A model generated the notes under the pieces. It had not been told where the DNA came from. It saw only the letters and a list, made by a program, of their open reading frames with translations, and did not search any database. Below, one piece after another: positions 1 to 10,013 of a stretch of 64,000 nt of DNA (position 1 is the first letter of the stretch; each line of letters starts with the position of its first letter). The stretch is taken from assembly GCA_963674755.2 (NCBI GenBank), contig CAXXVS010000001.1:256001-320000 (forward strand), in the 5' to 3' direction. The translations under genes and the position numbers were made by a program. The DNA comes from Desulfobacterales bacterium. Its GTDB lineage: Bacteria > Desulfobacterota > Desulfobacteria > Desulfobacterales > UBA5852.

Positions 1-58
1 TCCTGGCCGGTCCACAAACGGCCAAAGTGAGCCCTTACATCCTTTGTGGAGGCTTTGC

Positions 59-460
59 GTGAAACTTGCTCCTTTACGGATCCTCATCGTCGCAGCACTT
101 TGCCTGGCCACCGGATGCGCCTGGCTCGATTACCAGGACACCAAATGGCGCTCCGGCTCCCTCTACCTTGCCGTGAATCCCGCGACCCACAATTTCGGCT
201 ACCAGCGGCTGATGATCAATTGCCGGCTGCGGGATCCCCTCAACGCTTTTATCGAAACCCACGGCTTGCCGGATTTCATTTACGAATACAACAAGGCCGC
301 CCAAGACGGGATCCGCCTATTCTACCTCGATGAAAACCAAGTCTATGATTTCCTGGAGAGCGAGTCGAGTTCGAGTTCCATCGAATTGGTGGATCAGCGT
401 GAACCGACATCTTTCGAAAAGGCCTATCTGAAGGAACTTCAGAGCCGGCAACCGCTTTAG
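59..460 (+). CDS. hypothetical lipoprotein
   Basis: GGAGG at 48-52 precedes an in-frame GTG at 59. Hydrophobic N-terminus ends in the lipobox-like LATGC. Confidence 0.65.
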   Translation: MKLAPLRILIVAALCLATGCAWLDYQDTKWRSGSLYLAVNPATHNFGYQRLMINCRLRDPLNAFIETHGLPDFIYEYNKAAQDGIRLFYLDENQVYDFLESESSSSSIELVDQREPTSFEKAYLKELQSRQPL

Positions 461-554
461 AAGTGCTGATCATAGCGGCATGGGGCACGGAAGGGGGTAC
501 GGTGACGCCTGCGGGCGGGAGGCCAACCCCGGCTAAGGGCGGGCCGTTTTTCAC

Positions 555-1178
555 TTACACCCCCCCCAAATGACGCAATCCCTCCCTGAAGAAAACCCCT
601 GCAAAGGCAATAAGCAATACGCCCAGGGACCGGATGATCCAGATATAGGTTTTGCTTTGTAGAAACTGGCGGGAATGGCCGACGATAACCGCCACCACCA
701 GTTTGGAGCCCACCAGGGATCCATAGAACAGGACGAGAAAGAGCGCGGCGGCCGGCCAGCCGGTCTGGGCTGTTTTAAGGATTAACGGGGCGCCCACCAT
801 CAGCCAGAACACATAGGGATTGGGATTGAGCAGGTTGGCGACGATCCCCTTGCGCAGCTGGGAGGCCCCCGAGGGCGCGCTCTCGGCGACGGTCCCGTTG
901 AAGCGGATATTCTCCACCCCCAGCCAGACGATGTAGAACCCGCCCAGGATGCCGATGCCGCCCACCAGCCGCATGGCGTGGGCCATAGCGGCCAGCAGAA
1001 ATACGCTGCCGGCGATGATGGGCGGGTCCGTGATCAGGGGGGCCGCTGCAATGCGGGCCCCGGCGGGAATGCCGCGCTTGAGGGTCTCGGTGATCACAAG
1101 GGTCATCAGGGGGCCGGGGGAAAGGCCGGCGCTCAGTCCCAGCACGACGCCGGAGGTGAAAAGACTGGACGAGGCCAT
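555..1178 (-). CDS. LysE-family translocator
   Basis: Motifs GLSPGP and GIVANLLNPNPYVFW; about 6 hydrophobic segments in 207 aa. Confidence 0.9.
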   Translation of the reverse strand: MASSSLFTSGVVLGLSAGLSPGPLMTLVITETLKRGIPAGARIAAAPLITDPPIIAGSVFLLAAMAHAMRLVGGIGILGGFYIVWLGVENIRFNGTVAESAPSGASQLRKGIVANLLNPNPYVFWLMVGAPLILKTAQTGWPAAALFLVLFYGSLVGSKLVVAVIVGHSRQFLQSKTYIWIIRSLGVLLIAFAGVFFREGLRHLGGV

Positions 1179-1837
1179 TACGGTTGTGCCGGGTCGCTGG
1201 CAGCGGTCGGCGGAGCGCCTCCGGCGAGGATTTGTTCATAAACGGTTCGCACCTGGCGCCGGGTGGCTTCCCGTGTACTCGTGTTGTCGATAATATAATC
1301 GGCGTAGGCGCGTTTGGCGTCGATGGGCATCTGGGCGCGGATGCGGGCCATGGCGTCGGCCTCCGTCAATCCGTCACGCGCCATAAGGCGCGTTTTCTGG
1401 ACGGCTTCGGGCACGTAGACCAGAATGACCACCGGCAGGGATTCATGCCAGCCGGATTCGATCAGCAGCGGAACGTCGAGAATGACGGGGGCCTCCGGGT
1501 GCTTGCAGGCGAACGTATGAATATGCTCCTGCATCACGTCGTGAACCCGGGGATGGACAATCGCGTTCAGGGCCTGCTTGGCGTTCTGATCGTTGAATAC
1601 AATGGCCCCCAGAGCGTTCCGGTCGATTTGCCCGGCGGGAGCCAAAATGGCCGCTCCGAAATGGCGGACGATAGCGTGATAGGCGGGCTGGCCCTTCCGG
1701 ACGACCTGACGGGCAATCTGGTCGGCATCCACGATGCGGGCCCCGGCTGCGGCCAGCATGGCGGCCACGGTGGATTTGCCGGAGGCGATGCCGCCGGTCA
1801 ATCCGGCGATGATCGTTGGCGTGGCATCAATGCGCAT
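1178..1837 (-). CDS. coaE: dephospho-CoA kinase
   Basis: GLTGGIASGKST P-loop, DADQIAR, LNAIVHP, LDVPLLIE, RIRAQMP. Start placed at ATG 1837. Confidence 0.95.
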   Translation of the reverse strand: MRIDATPTIIAGLTGGIASGKSTVAAMLAAAGARIVDADQIARQVVRKGQPAYHAIVRHFGAAILAPAGQIDRNALGAIVFNDQNAKQALNAIVHPRVHDVMQEHIHTFACKHPEAPVILDVPLLIESGWHESLPVVILVYVPEAVQKTRLMARDGLTEADAMARIRAQMPIDAKRAYADYIIDNTSTREATRRQVRTVYEQILAGGAPPTAASDPAQP

Positions 1838-2489
1838 GGGATGACCGTTCCCGGGCGAGGAAGGCATTGACCGGGGCCAGGATGGTGTCGACGTCCGGCG
1901 AGGAGTCTAGGACGGGATCCCAGCAAATTTCCAGATGGGCATAGTGCCGGTAGCGGGTTTCACGGTCCGCCAGGAGGTTGGTATAGCAGCGTTTGAGGGC
2001 GGCCTGGTCGTCCTCGTCTTTTTTTTTCTTGAAATGCTGTTGCCATAACACCGGGCGCGGATTTTCCACATAAGCCCGGTGCAGGGCCTGGCGATAGTCG
2101 GTGGATGTGGAAAGATAGACGACCACGGTTTGTTGCCGCAGCCGCCTCCGAATGGCCTCGCCGGTGTAGATCACACTACCCGTCGTATCGATCACCACCG
2201 GCGGTGACCCGTGCTCCGGCGGCCGGCTTTCCAACGCGGTCAGGAACTGATCCATGACGGCCTTCTCGTGGTCCAGGTAGAGCGCTTCCCGTTGGGCGTA
2301 CGCGGCGTCAAACGGAAACCCCATCCAGTTGCCGATAAGATCCAGGGAGCCCGCGCTCAGCTGTCCTTCGTCCACCAGGCGGCGGCCGATTTCCCTGTCG
2401 CAGCCCAAATAGTGAAATCCGTTTCGAGAGAGGACGGAAGACCAAAACGATTTGCCGGAACCCGACATGCCGATCAGCGCAATCCGCAT
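1827..2489 (-). CDS. shikimate-kinase-like P-loop kinase
   Basis: N-terminal LIGMSGSGKS, VVIDTTGS, VVVYL and R..RY typical of the NMP/shikimate kinase fold. Lacks the GGG shikimate motif. Confidence 0.7.
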   Translation of the reverse strand: MRIALIGMSGSGKSFWSSVLSRNGFHYLGCDREIGRRLVDEGQLSAGSLDLIGNWMGFPFDAAYAQREALYLDHEKAVMDQFLTALESRPPEHGSPPVVIDTTGSVIYTGEAIRRRLRQQTVVVYLSTSTDYRQALHRAYVENPRPVLWQQHFKKKKDEDDQAALKRCYTNLLADRETRYRHYAHLEICWDPVLDSSPDVDTILAPVNAFLARERSSHAH

Positions 2490-2492
2490 GGG

Positions 2493-3179
2493 CTACTCTG
2501 CCACCTGAGGGAAACGTTGCATCACCTGCACCACGCCCAGGCGGGCCAGTTCTTCGGCCGAAAGCCAGCGTGCGCCCCCTTTGAAAAAGAGGCCGGCGTC
2601 CTGCAGATCGTCCGTCAGGGCGTGCTGGGTTTTGTCGAAGCGTCCCCGCCATACCCGCCGCCCGTTGTCGACTTGCAGCAGATAGACATTGAAGGCCACC
2701 GAAGCGCCCATATCCGGGGTGCGGTCCCGATAGCGCCAGACCGACCCCAGCAAGACGTGATCGGCTCCGGCCGCCCGGCCGAAACGCTGCGCCAATTGGC
2801 GCGGGGTGTCCACCAGCCGGTTCTGGGGCAGCCGGTCATATAGCGCGGCGGCGTCGGTCAGGGGAACGACCTTGTCGTAGAGCTTTAGCTCCATGGCCCG
2901 CTGCATCTCCCGGGTTAAAACGGTTTCGGCCCCGGCCCCCAGGTCCTCGTTGACCGTTTGGCAGAACTCGCCCAAAGTACAGTCCAAGGGCGGTTTGACC
3001 TGGTCGTCGGCGTTCAGGTTGGAGTTGCCGGCCAGAAACGGCATGACCGCGACGCGGCGCAATTGAATGACCGCGTAGCCGGGCAGGGTCTGGGTTTGCG
3101 AGCCGGAGGGGCGGCAGGCGGTCAGGCCCATCAGCAGGATGAGCAGACCGGCCGCCGCAGGGAAGATGGTTCGGTGCAT
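2493..3179 (-). CDS. lipoprotein, CsgG/LpoB/FlgO-like alpha-beta domain
   Basis: Lipobox LTAC; RRVAVMPF ... ADHVLLGSV ... VDNGRRVW pattern. Start uncertain (3179 or 3185). Confidence 0.7.
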   Translation of the reverse strand: MHRTIFPAAAGLLILLMGLTACRPSGSQTQTLPGYAVIQLRRVAVMPFLAGNSNLNADDQVKPPLDCTLGEFCQTVNEDLGAGAETVLTREMQRAMELKLYDKVVPLTDAAALYDRLPQNRLVDTPRQLAQRFGRAAGADHVLLGSVWRYRDRTPDMGASVAFNVYLLQVDNGRRVWRGRFDKTQHALTDDLQDAGLFFKGGARWLSAEELARLGVVQVMQRFPQVAE

Positions 3180-3348
3180 GAGCATTCCTTCATTGTGATG
3201 ATAATGGTTTGGGGCCGTTGATGACAATGAGCGTCAGCTTAGCGCGTCGGGACGCATCGATCAAGGGGGATCGCGATGCGGGCGCACGTCAAAACGACTA
3301 TGGCAGGGAGATCGGCCGGAAGGGATATCCTTGACCTGGCGTGCGGCG

Positions 3349-3681
3349 CTAATCAAAAGGTTCGCCGCGGCCCAGAGGCCGATGGAAGGTATAATCAATG
3401 GTGTCGCCGAGGAGGCTCTGGTAGACTTCTTTTTCGTTACCGGCCGCTTTGGCAAACGGATAACCCAACCCGTAGATCAACCCGGTAACGGGAATCATAA
3501 CGAGCCCGACCGGGCGCAGGATCAGCACATCGGCGGCGACGTTCATGGGATTGGGGGGCGGGGTGTGCGGTGGGACGTAAGGTTCTTCGGCCAGGACTCG
3601 ACCGGGGACGGAAACACCAATGAGTACCAGAACGAGGACCATGCGTACCATCAGGTGGATCATGTTGCGTTGCATGACCAA
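3349..3681 (-). CDS. hypothetical exported/membrane protein
   Basis: AAGGAG RBS upstream. Signal peptide ending VLA, then D.LILRP.G ... YTF.RPLG. Confidence 0.7.
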   Translation of the reverse strand: MVMQRNMIHLMVRMVLVLVLIGVSVPGRVLAEEPYVPPHTPPPNPMNVAADVLILRPVGLVMIPVTGLIYGLGYPFAKAAGNEKEVYQSLLGDTIDYTFHRPLGRGEPFD

Positions 3682-3850
3682 ATCTCCTTAGCTGGTCCTA
3701 TTCACAACGACGCTGGCATCCCGCCGTCAATCCATCCGGTCTGACGGCGTCACGCAAGCACGGCCTATCCCGAACAGGCCTTCATTACCGCACCGTTTTT
3801 ACGAACAGGCCCGCGGGCACTCCGGCCAATCGGTCACCCGAGGCCGGTTT

Positions 3851-4186
3851 TTACACCCGACGAAAACGGGCGTTGGTTGGAAGGTAATATACCAGGTTGC
3901 GGGCCACCAGAAGGCTGTTGAATTCGGGACCATTCGGTTTGAAGGCTTCCAGCGGCCAAATGCCTTCCGACACGGGGGCCTTCAGGCGCGCCCGCGACAG
4001 GCGGCGGCCGCATTGACAGCACGCACAATCCCGGGCACAAAACCGGCAATAGATCCAGACGATACCCCACAAGCCCCCGGTCACCAGAGTAAGGGCCAAG
4101 TGGAGCAGGTCGGTGCTGGCCGCACAGGCCACCATCACCTCTTCCCGGCAGTGGGGGCAAAACCCCGACGCAATCCAAACACCCAT
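3851..4186 (-). CDS. LITAF-like zinc-ribbon membrane protein
   Basis: AAGGAG RBS. CPHC knuckle, hydrophobic HLALTLVTGGLWGIVW, second knuckle CCQC. Confidence 0.65.
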   Translation of the reverse strand: MGVWIASGFCPHCREEVMVACAASTDLLHLALTLVTGGLWGIVWIYCRFCARDCACCQCGRRLSRARLKAPVSEGIWPLEAFKPNGPEFNSLLVARNLVYYLPTNARFRRV

Positions 4187-4393
4187 GATCTACTCCTTGC
4201 AAAACGAGTGGGTGTTGCAGGAATCACTGTTGACTACAGCATTCCCATGATAGTGAACCTCGGAGGAAAAGTCAAAAGAATGCTGGGCGGGGGGCGGCGG
4301 CCAGGCGACGGGTCGGGATGCGCCCTCGGTCGCCCCTATAAAACGAGGTGAACGGGGGCAACCGGTCAATGCGCGAATTGGCTTTTCGCCGTG

Positions 4394-6694
4394 TTAGGCC
4401 GGCCGCAGGTCCCTGATGTAGCGCAGAAGCGCTGGATTGGTGCAGACTTCGTAGTAAAAGCGTCCGGTGGTGCCGGTGACCTTGTGATTGCGCAACGCCA
4501 TAATCGGCAGCGGCGCTTGGCGGACGACCAGTTGGTGGGATGTACCGGAAACCGTAGGGTATTTGCCGACGAAAAGCTGGTGGGGCTCTTTTTCCGCTCC
4601 CGGGGCTTTCAGGTCCAGCGGTTCGAGCTGGATTTCTTTTTGCAGCTTCGCAAAACCGTGATCGTTCAGTTCGATTCCGTTGACATTGTAGCGGACATAT
4701 TGTCCGGCGGCAGCCTTGCGGTCGTCCTCCGCGATTTCGTAGACGAACACGTTAAAGGGCGACTGTTTGAGGATCACTTGCTCCCGCAGGGGTTTGAAGC
4801 ACCCGGACAAGCGATCGGCCTGGTTGATGGCCGGCGATATCATGATGCGGTTGTCTTCATCGAAGAAAAAGGTCGGCGGGCTGCCGGCATAGCTGATGCC
4901 GATGCCGATTTCCAGCAGCGGCAGACGCGAGGCGATATTTTTACGGTTATAGCGCTGGACGATCAGCAGGATGTTCATGGCCAGACCGCAGGCGCGGGCC
5001 ACGCTGTACCAGTTTTGGGGTTGGTTTTCATGCTCGTAGAGGGCGAGGATAATGGCATCCCCCTCGATAAAGACTTTGTAAGCGCCAAAGCGTGATAGAA
5101 TGTTGGTGATGGGGTCAAAAAAATTCAGGCTGAAGTTGGTGGCCGGATTCATGCCCTGGGATTTCATTTCGTGGACGATGCCCGTCGATCCCCGCACATC
5201 GGCTTTCAGGACGGTATGGCTGATGATCGGCATTTCATCGGGCTTTTGTTCGTTGGGGAGAAGAAATTCATAGAGGGAATGGTTGGCGCGGGACAATTTC
5301 AGAAACGCCTCGTCATTGACGAAGTTGATATAGGAGATGGCATTGCTGACCAGATAGTAGTTGCATAAATCGCGATGATAGCGGGCGAAGGTTTTCACGA
5401 AATCCAGCAGGATTTCCATTTTCTGCGGACGGGGAAGCCAGCGTATGCGGGACAGGCATTCGCGGATGGGCTGGAGCGAATAATCTTCGCCGTAGTTTTT
5501 TTTGATACGTTTCAGCTTGGCGCGGATCGGCTTGCGGGATTTGCGGTCCACGATGTATTGCAGGAGTTCATGGGGCGTCAGAGGGGGGCAGTAGTTGTCG
5601 CAGAAGGCCTTCATTTCCTCGGAAGCCACCACGATGTAAGTCAGTTCCCGGGCGTTGAATGCCTTGACCAGGGCCGTCAGCAACCGCTTCTGCTGGCGAG
5701 TCACCTGTTTGAGTTTACGAATGCGTTGTTTGTCCCCTGAACGGCGCTTGTCGCGGCGGAGCATCTGTTCGGTTCGGTAGTAGTTAAACAGGGCATCCAT
5801 ATTGGCTTCCTGCTTGAGCCAGTCGGTATAATCCCTGTCCTGGGATTCCTTAGGGCCATCCTGGGACGCCGTTTCACGGCCGGCCGCCGCCGGTTCTGTG
5901 GCGGGTGACGCGGAAGGGTCTTCTGCGGGCCGGCCGTCGCGGCGGGCCAAAAAGTCGTTGAGGGCCTCCAGAAAAGCGTCGTATTGGTTGACATCCTCGC
6001 GCCGGCTGCCGAGGAGAACATATTCCGCCATCAGGAAACTGTCATGGGTCGGGTTTTCGGTGTGCAGGAGGGGATTGGCGAAGAAATCCTCGGGCAGCAG
6101 GGCCTCCGGACCGAAATGCAAGGAATAGAGGTCGTTCAGACCTTCCTGGAGCACCTCGCTGATGTAGCGGAATAACCCTGCGTTGGCACTGCGGATAGTC
6201 GCGTCACGGTTGCGGGTCAGGATCTGAAGCGATTCCTGCAGATGCTTGACCTGGTCGTGGTTGTAGGCCATCTCCTGGCGCCAGATCAGGTTGTTGATAT
6301 GCTGCAGGCAGGCCTTGTAGCGGTCATTGACGGCGTCTTTCATCGTCACGGCAATGGCGGTTTCCACGAGAAAGATGACCTGGTATTCGTTGTCCAGCTT
6401 GGCTTGCTTGACCGCATCGCTCATGATATCGCGGCATAGGCCCTTGAACTCCTTTTCCCCGCGATACCAGTTGAATCCGTTTTCATAATCGGGCAGATCC
6501 GATACCCCGGAGATCCGGCCGATCAACTGCAGCGCCATCCGCCGGGTCGCTTTGATAAACCCGGGGCTGAGGTGAAGATCGTAACGCAAATTGTCGACGC
6601 CCAGCTTTAGACGGTTGAGACCAAACCCATGGCGATAGGGCTTGAGGGGAATACCGGCAAATTTTTTGGGCTCCAGTGCATCGGATGGCGGCAT
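4394..6694 (-). CDS. large protein with C-terminal class III nucleotidyl cyclase-like domain
   Basis: KADVRGST and EGDA (metal-binding Asp residues), IGIGI, AINQADRL (N-x3-R). Long helical N-terminus. Confidence 0.75.
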   Translation of the reverse strand: MPPSDALEPKKFAGIPLKPYRHGFGLNRLKLGVDNLRYDLHLSPGFIKATRRMALQLIGRISGVSDLPDYENGFNWYRGEKEFKGLCRDIMSDAVKQAKLDNEYQVIFLVETAIAVTMKDAVNDRYKACLQHINNLIWRQEMAYNHDQVKHLQESLQILTRNRDATIRSANAGLFRYISEVLQEGLNDLYSLHFGPEALLPEDFFANPLLHTENPTHDSFLMAEYVLLGSRREDVNQYDAFLEALNDFLARRDGRPAEDPSASPATEPAAAGRETASQDGPKESQDRDYTDWLKQEANMDALFNYYRTEQMLRRDKRRSGDKQRIRKLKQVTRQQKRLLTALVKAFNARELTYIVVASEEMKAFCDNYCPPLTPHELLQYIVDRKSRKPIRAKLKRIKKNYGEDYSLQPIRECLSRIRWLPRPQKMEILLDFVKTFARYHRDLCNYYLVSNAISYINFVNDEAFLKLSRANHSLYEFLLPNEQKPDEMPIISHTVLKADVRGSTGIVHEMKSQGMNPATNFSLNFFDPITNILSRFGAYKVFIEGDAIILALYEHENQPQNWYSVARACGLAMNILLIVQRYNRKNIASRLPLLEIGIGISYAGSPPTFFFDEDNRIMISPAINQADRLSGCFKPLREQVILKQSPFNVFVYEIAEDDRKAAAGQYVRYNVNGIELNDHGFAKLQKEIQLEPLDLKAPGAEKEPHQLFVGKYPTVSGTSHQLVVRQAPLPIMALRNHKVTGTTGRFYYEVCTNPALLRYIRDLRPA

Positions 6695-6875
6695 GGCTAA
6701 CTCTGTATCACTGAATTATTTCAAGTAGTTTAGTTTATCGGCGGCCCGCCGGCCTGTCAACGATATATTCCGGCCGAAGCCCCGGGGAGAATTGATCCGG
6801 TCATGGGATTCGATGCCCCGGCAAGGGCAGGGGGGGCCCCGGCGATGGGAACGGTGTGGACGCAAGGGGGTTAGG

Positions 6876-7880
6876 ATGCAATTGATCGACAACAGCGCCT
6901 GCAGCGATCCGGCCATCAACCTGGCCCTGGAAGAGTATCTGGTGCGGCATATGCGGAGCAGCGGGACCGTGCTTCTTTTCTACGTGAACGCCCCGGCGGT
7001 GGTTATCGGCCGCAACCAGGTGCCCCATACGGAAATCAGTTTGCAGACGGTGACGCGGCAGGCCATCAAGGTCGTGCGGCGCCTGTCGGGAGGGGGGGCC
7101 GTCTACCATGACCGGGGGAATTTGAATTTCAGCCTGATCCAGGCCCATGACCCCGATACCATCCTATCACCCGCCGAGGCCTTGCAGCCCGTGGTGCAGG
7201 GCCTCAAGGGAGCAGGACTGCCGGTCTATCTGAACGTCCGTAACGATATCATGGCGGATGGCCGGAAGGTGAGCGGGGCGGCCCAATACCGCACACGGAA
7301 CAGATGTCTCACCCACGGGACCCTGCTGGTGTCCGCCGATCTGGAGGCGCTCCGGCGTGCGCTGGAGGTGGACAGCACGGTGCCGTCATCCCGGGGCCGG
7401 GTGTCCGTTCGCAGCTCGGTGACCAATCTGAACCGCCACCAGCCGGCCCTGGATACGGCCGAGGTCCGTGAGATCCTGATCCCATCCTTTGCGAAGCAGC
7501 ACGGAGCGGCGCTTCCCCTGGTGCTCGACGCCGCTGCCTGGGGCATTATTCACCAAACAGCCCGGACCAAATACCGTTCCTGGGACTGGACCATGGGGCG
7601 TGCGCCTGCATTCCAGCTGCACCGCAAGGCGGTTTTCCCATGGGGGCCGTGTGAGGCCTTACTTGATATCCAGCGGGGTATCATGACCCGTATCGACCTG
7701 GGCCTGCCCGCGGGCGCGCCCGCCTTCCTGGATGCTCTGGCGGCCGCGCTGGAAGGCTGCCGTTATCATCCCGCAGATATCAGCGCGGTGTTGCAGGCGG
7801 GGGGGGTGTTGCCTGAAGGGCGGGCCATCTCGGACCAGGTGGCCGACTGGTTGGGGGCTTCACTGTGTCCCTGGTGCTGA
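6876..7880 (+). CDS. lplA: lipoate-protein ligase A
   Basis: NLALEEYL, VVIGRNQ, VRRLSGGGAVYHDRGNLNFS, RKVSGAAQ, HGTLL, KYRSWDW. Confidence 0.95.
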   Translation: MQLIDNSACSDPAINLALEEYLVRHMRSSGTVLLFYVNAPAVVIGRNQVPHTEISLQTVTRQAIKVVRRLSGGGAVYHDRGNLNFSLIQAHDPDTILSPAEALQPVVQGLKGAGLPVYLNVRNDIMADGRKVSGAAQYRTRNRCLTHGTLLVSADLEALRRALEVDSTVPSSRGRVSVRSSVTNLNRHQPALDTAEVREILIPSFAKQHGAALPLVLDAAAWGIIHQTARTKYRSWDWTMGRAPAFQLHRKAVFPWGPCEALLDIQRGIMTRIDLGLPAGAPAFLDALAAALEGCRYHPADISAVLQAGGVLPEGRAISDQVADWLGASLCPWC

Positions 7881-7946
7881 CGCGCACGCTGGGGGAGAAA
7901 AAGGTCGCGTGGTGTCGCGCTGGACGCGGCCTTCTATGGGAGGGCT

Positions 7947-9314
7947 TTAATGCAAGGCCTTGTCCAGGGTCTCCTCGTCCAGCAGCCCTTTCTCCCTGAC
8001 CACTTCCCGGATGGTGCGGCCGCTCCGGTAGGCTTCGTGGGCCATGGCGGCCGCCTGGTCATAGCCCAGGTGGGGCACGAGTCCGGTCACCAGGGCCAGG
8101 CTTTGCTCGATATTGGCGGCACAGCGCTCCTGGTTGGCCGTAACCCCTGCCAGGCATTTGCGATCCAGCACTTCCGCGCTGGCGGCCATCAAGTCGATGG
8201 ATTGCAGCAGGTTGTATGCGATCAGGGGCAGCATGGTATTGAGCTCGAAATAGCCGCCCTGGCCGCCCACCCCGATGGCGACGTCGTTGCCCATGACCTG
8301 GGCCGCGGCCTGGATGACGGCTTCCGGGATGACCGGATTGACCTTGCCGGGCATGATGGAGGAACCCGGCTGCAGGGACGGCAGATTGATCTCGCCCAGC
8401 CCGCAGCGCGGACCGGACGCCAGCCAGCGCAGGTCGTTGGCGATCTTGATCAGGGCCACGGCCATGGTTTTCAGTACGCCGCTCAGTTCCACCGCGGTAT
8501 CCTGGGAGGCCTGGGCCTGGAAATGATTGGCAGCCTCACAGAACGTTATCCCGGTCATGCGGTTCAGTTCGGCAATCACCCGGCCGGCAAATTCCGGGTG
8601 GGTGTTGAGGCCGCTGCCCACCGCGGTGCCGCCCAGGGCAAGTTCGGCGAGGCGCTTGGCCGTATCGCCCAGCCGTTCGCGTACCAGCGCGATCTGGCGG
8701 GCATAGCCGCTGAATTCATCCCCCAGCGTCATGGGCACGGCATCCTGGAGATGGGTCCGTCCGATTTTGCGCACCGCGTCGAAAGCCTGCGCTTTTTCCG
8801 CCAGCACCGCCTGAAGACTCTCCAGGGCCGGGGTGAGCCGGCCGTGAAGCTTTACCAGGGCGGTCAGATGGATGGTGGTGGGGATGACGTCGTTGCTGGA
8901 CTGCCCCCGGTTGACATGGTCATTGGGGTGGACGGGGTGTTTGCCCCCCTTGTGCCCGGTCAGGATTTCATTGGCCCGGGAGGAGAGGACCTCGTTCATG
9001 TTCATGTTGGTGGAGGTCCCGGAGCCGGTCTGAAAGACGTCCACCACGAATTGGTCGTTCAAGCGGCCCTCCAGGACGTCGTCGGCGGCCTGTACGATGG
9101 CCCCGGCCACGTCGTCCGGCAGCAAGCCCAGCCGGGCATTGGCCCTGGCGGCCGCCTGTTTGATCATGGCCAGCGCGTGGATGAATTCGTGGGGTAGCCG
9201 CAGGCCGCTGATGGGGAAATTTTCCGCGGCCCGCTGGGTCTGGGCGCCGTAATAGGCGGCTTCCGGAACCCGGACCGTGCCCATGGAGTCTTTTTCTTCA
9301 CGGTAGGATGCCAT
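7947..9314 (-). CDS. fumC: class II fumarate hydratase
   Basis: QTGSGTSTNMN, HPNDHVN, SSND, KIGRTHLQDA and the signature GSSIMPGKVNP. Confidence 0.92.
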   Translation of the reverse strand: MASYREEKDSMGTVRVPEAAYYGAQTQRAAENFPISGLRLPHEFIHALAMIKQAAARANARLGLLPDDVAGAIVQAADDVLEGRLNDQFVVDVFQTGSGTSTNMNMNEVLSSRANEILTGHKGGKHPVHPNDHVNRGQSSNDVIPTTIHLTALVKLHGRLTPALESLQAVLAEKAQAFDAVRKIGRTHLQDAVPMTLGDEFSGYARQIALVRERLGDTAKRLAELALGGTAVGSGLNTHPEFAGRVIAELNRMTGITFCEAANHFQAQASQDTAVELSGVLKTMAVALIKIANDLRWLASGPRCGLGEINLPSLQPGSSIMPGKVNPVIPEAVIQAAAQVMGNDVAIGVGGQGGYFELNTMLPLIAYNLLQSIDLMAASAEVLDRKCLAGVTANQERCAANIEQSLALVTGLVPHLGYDQAAAMAHEAYRSGRTIREVVREKGLLDEETLDKALH

Positions 9315-9397
9315 CCGGCCTCTCTTTCTATAGGGTTACGCCCTTTTCTCTTGCGGCTATCCGGGATGCTCAAGTTGGTCTTAAGGTAACGCCATCA

Positions 9398-9457
9398 CCA
9401 CGAAGATTACGAAGGGATTTATTTCCTCCCGGTCGGCTTTCTTCGTGCCCTTCGTGG
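9398..9457. repeat. short inverted repeat built from doubled CACGAAG units
   Basis: CCACGAAGATTACGAAG (9398-9414) mirrored by CTTCGTGCCCTTCGTGG (9441-9457). Confidence 0.55.
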
Positions 9458-9589
9458 CCAATTCTTGTTGACGGGCGCTTTCGATAGAACCGTTTCTTTT
9501 CCCGGGGCGGACCGCACATCAGCGTTGGCGGCGATCGCCCTGTTCCGCGGCGACCCGCCTATACTGCGGTTTGCGGACGGATATGGTTT

Positions 9590-9862
9590 TCAGACGCGTG
9601 CCAGCGTGTCTTCCTTGAGCCGTTCGATGTTGGCCCGCAACTGGGCGACCTCGATGCCGAGGCCGATACACTGCCGGCCGAGCATGCATTTTTCCGCGTC
9701 GCCATCATCGAGATGGGTCTTCAGTTCGAAGCGGCCTTTGCGCAGATCGACGATCCAGGCCTTTTTTATCTTGTCATAGGTGACATCGACATCGATGCCG
9801 CATTGCCCGATATCCGGGTAAAGCTCGATGATTTTGGCACATAGTTGCGCTTTATCGATCAT
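9590..9862 (-). CDS. small hypothetical protein (4 Cys)
   Basis: AGGAGG RBS before ATG 9862; 90 aa with protein-like composition. Confidence 0.75.
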   Translation of the reverse strand: MIDKAQLCAKIIELYPDIGQCGIDVDVTYDKIKKAWIVDLRKGRFELKTHLDDGDAEKCMLGRQCIGLGIEVAQLRANIERLKEDTLARV

Positions 9863-10013
9863 GGGTCCTCCTTGCTGCCGGGTGTCAAAGCGTTCAGGCC
9901 CGCCGCGGCGCCGCAAATACGGCAGCGGGCGTTTCCGGCAGTCTCAGAGGTTAAGGTAGGTTTCCCGCAGGTTTTTGCAAGTCGGCGATTACATGGCCAG
10001 GGGGCGTTGGGCA

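Noticed and set aside
7860..7900. Selenocysteine readthrough at TGA stops after Cys-containing ends (lplA, actA, 62240)
   Set aside because: The proteins look complete at the stop, and I recognised no homologous continuation or SECIS element.
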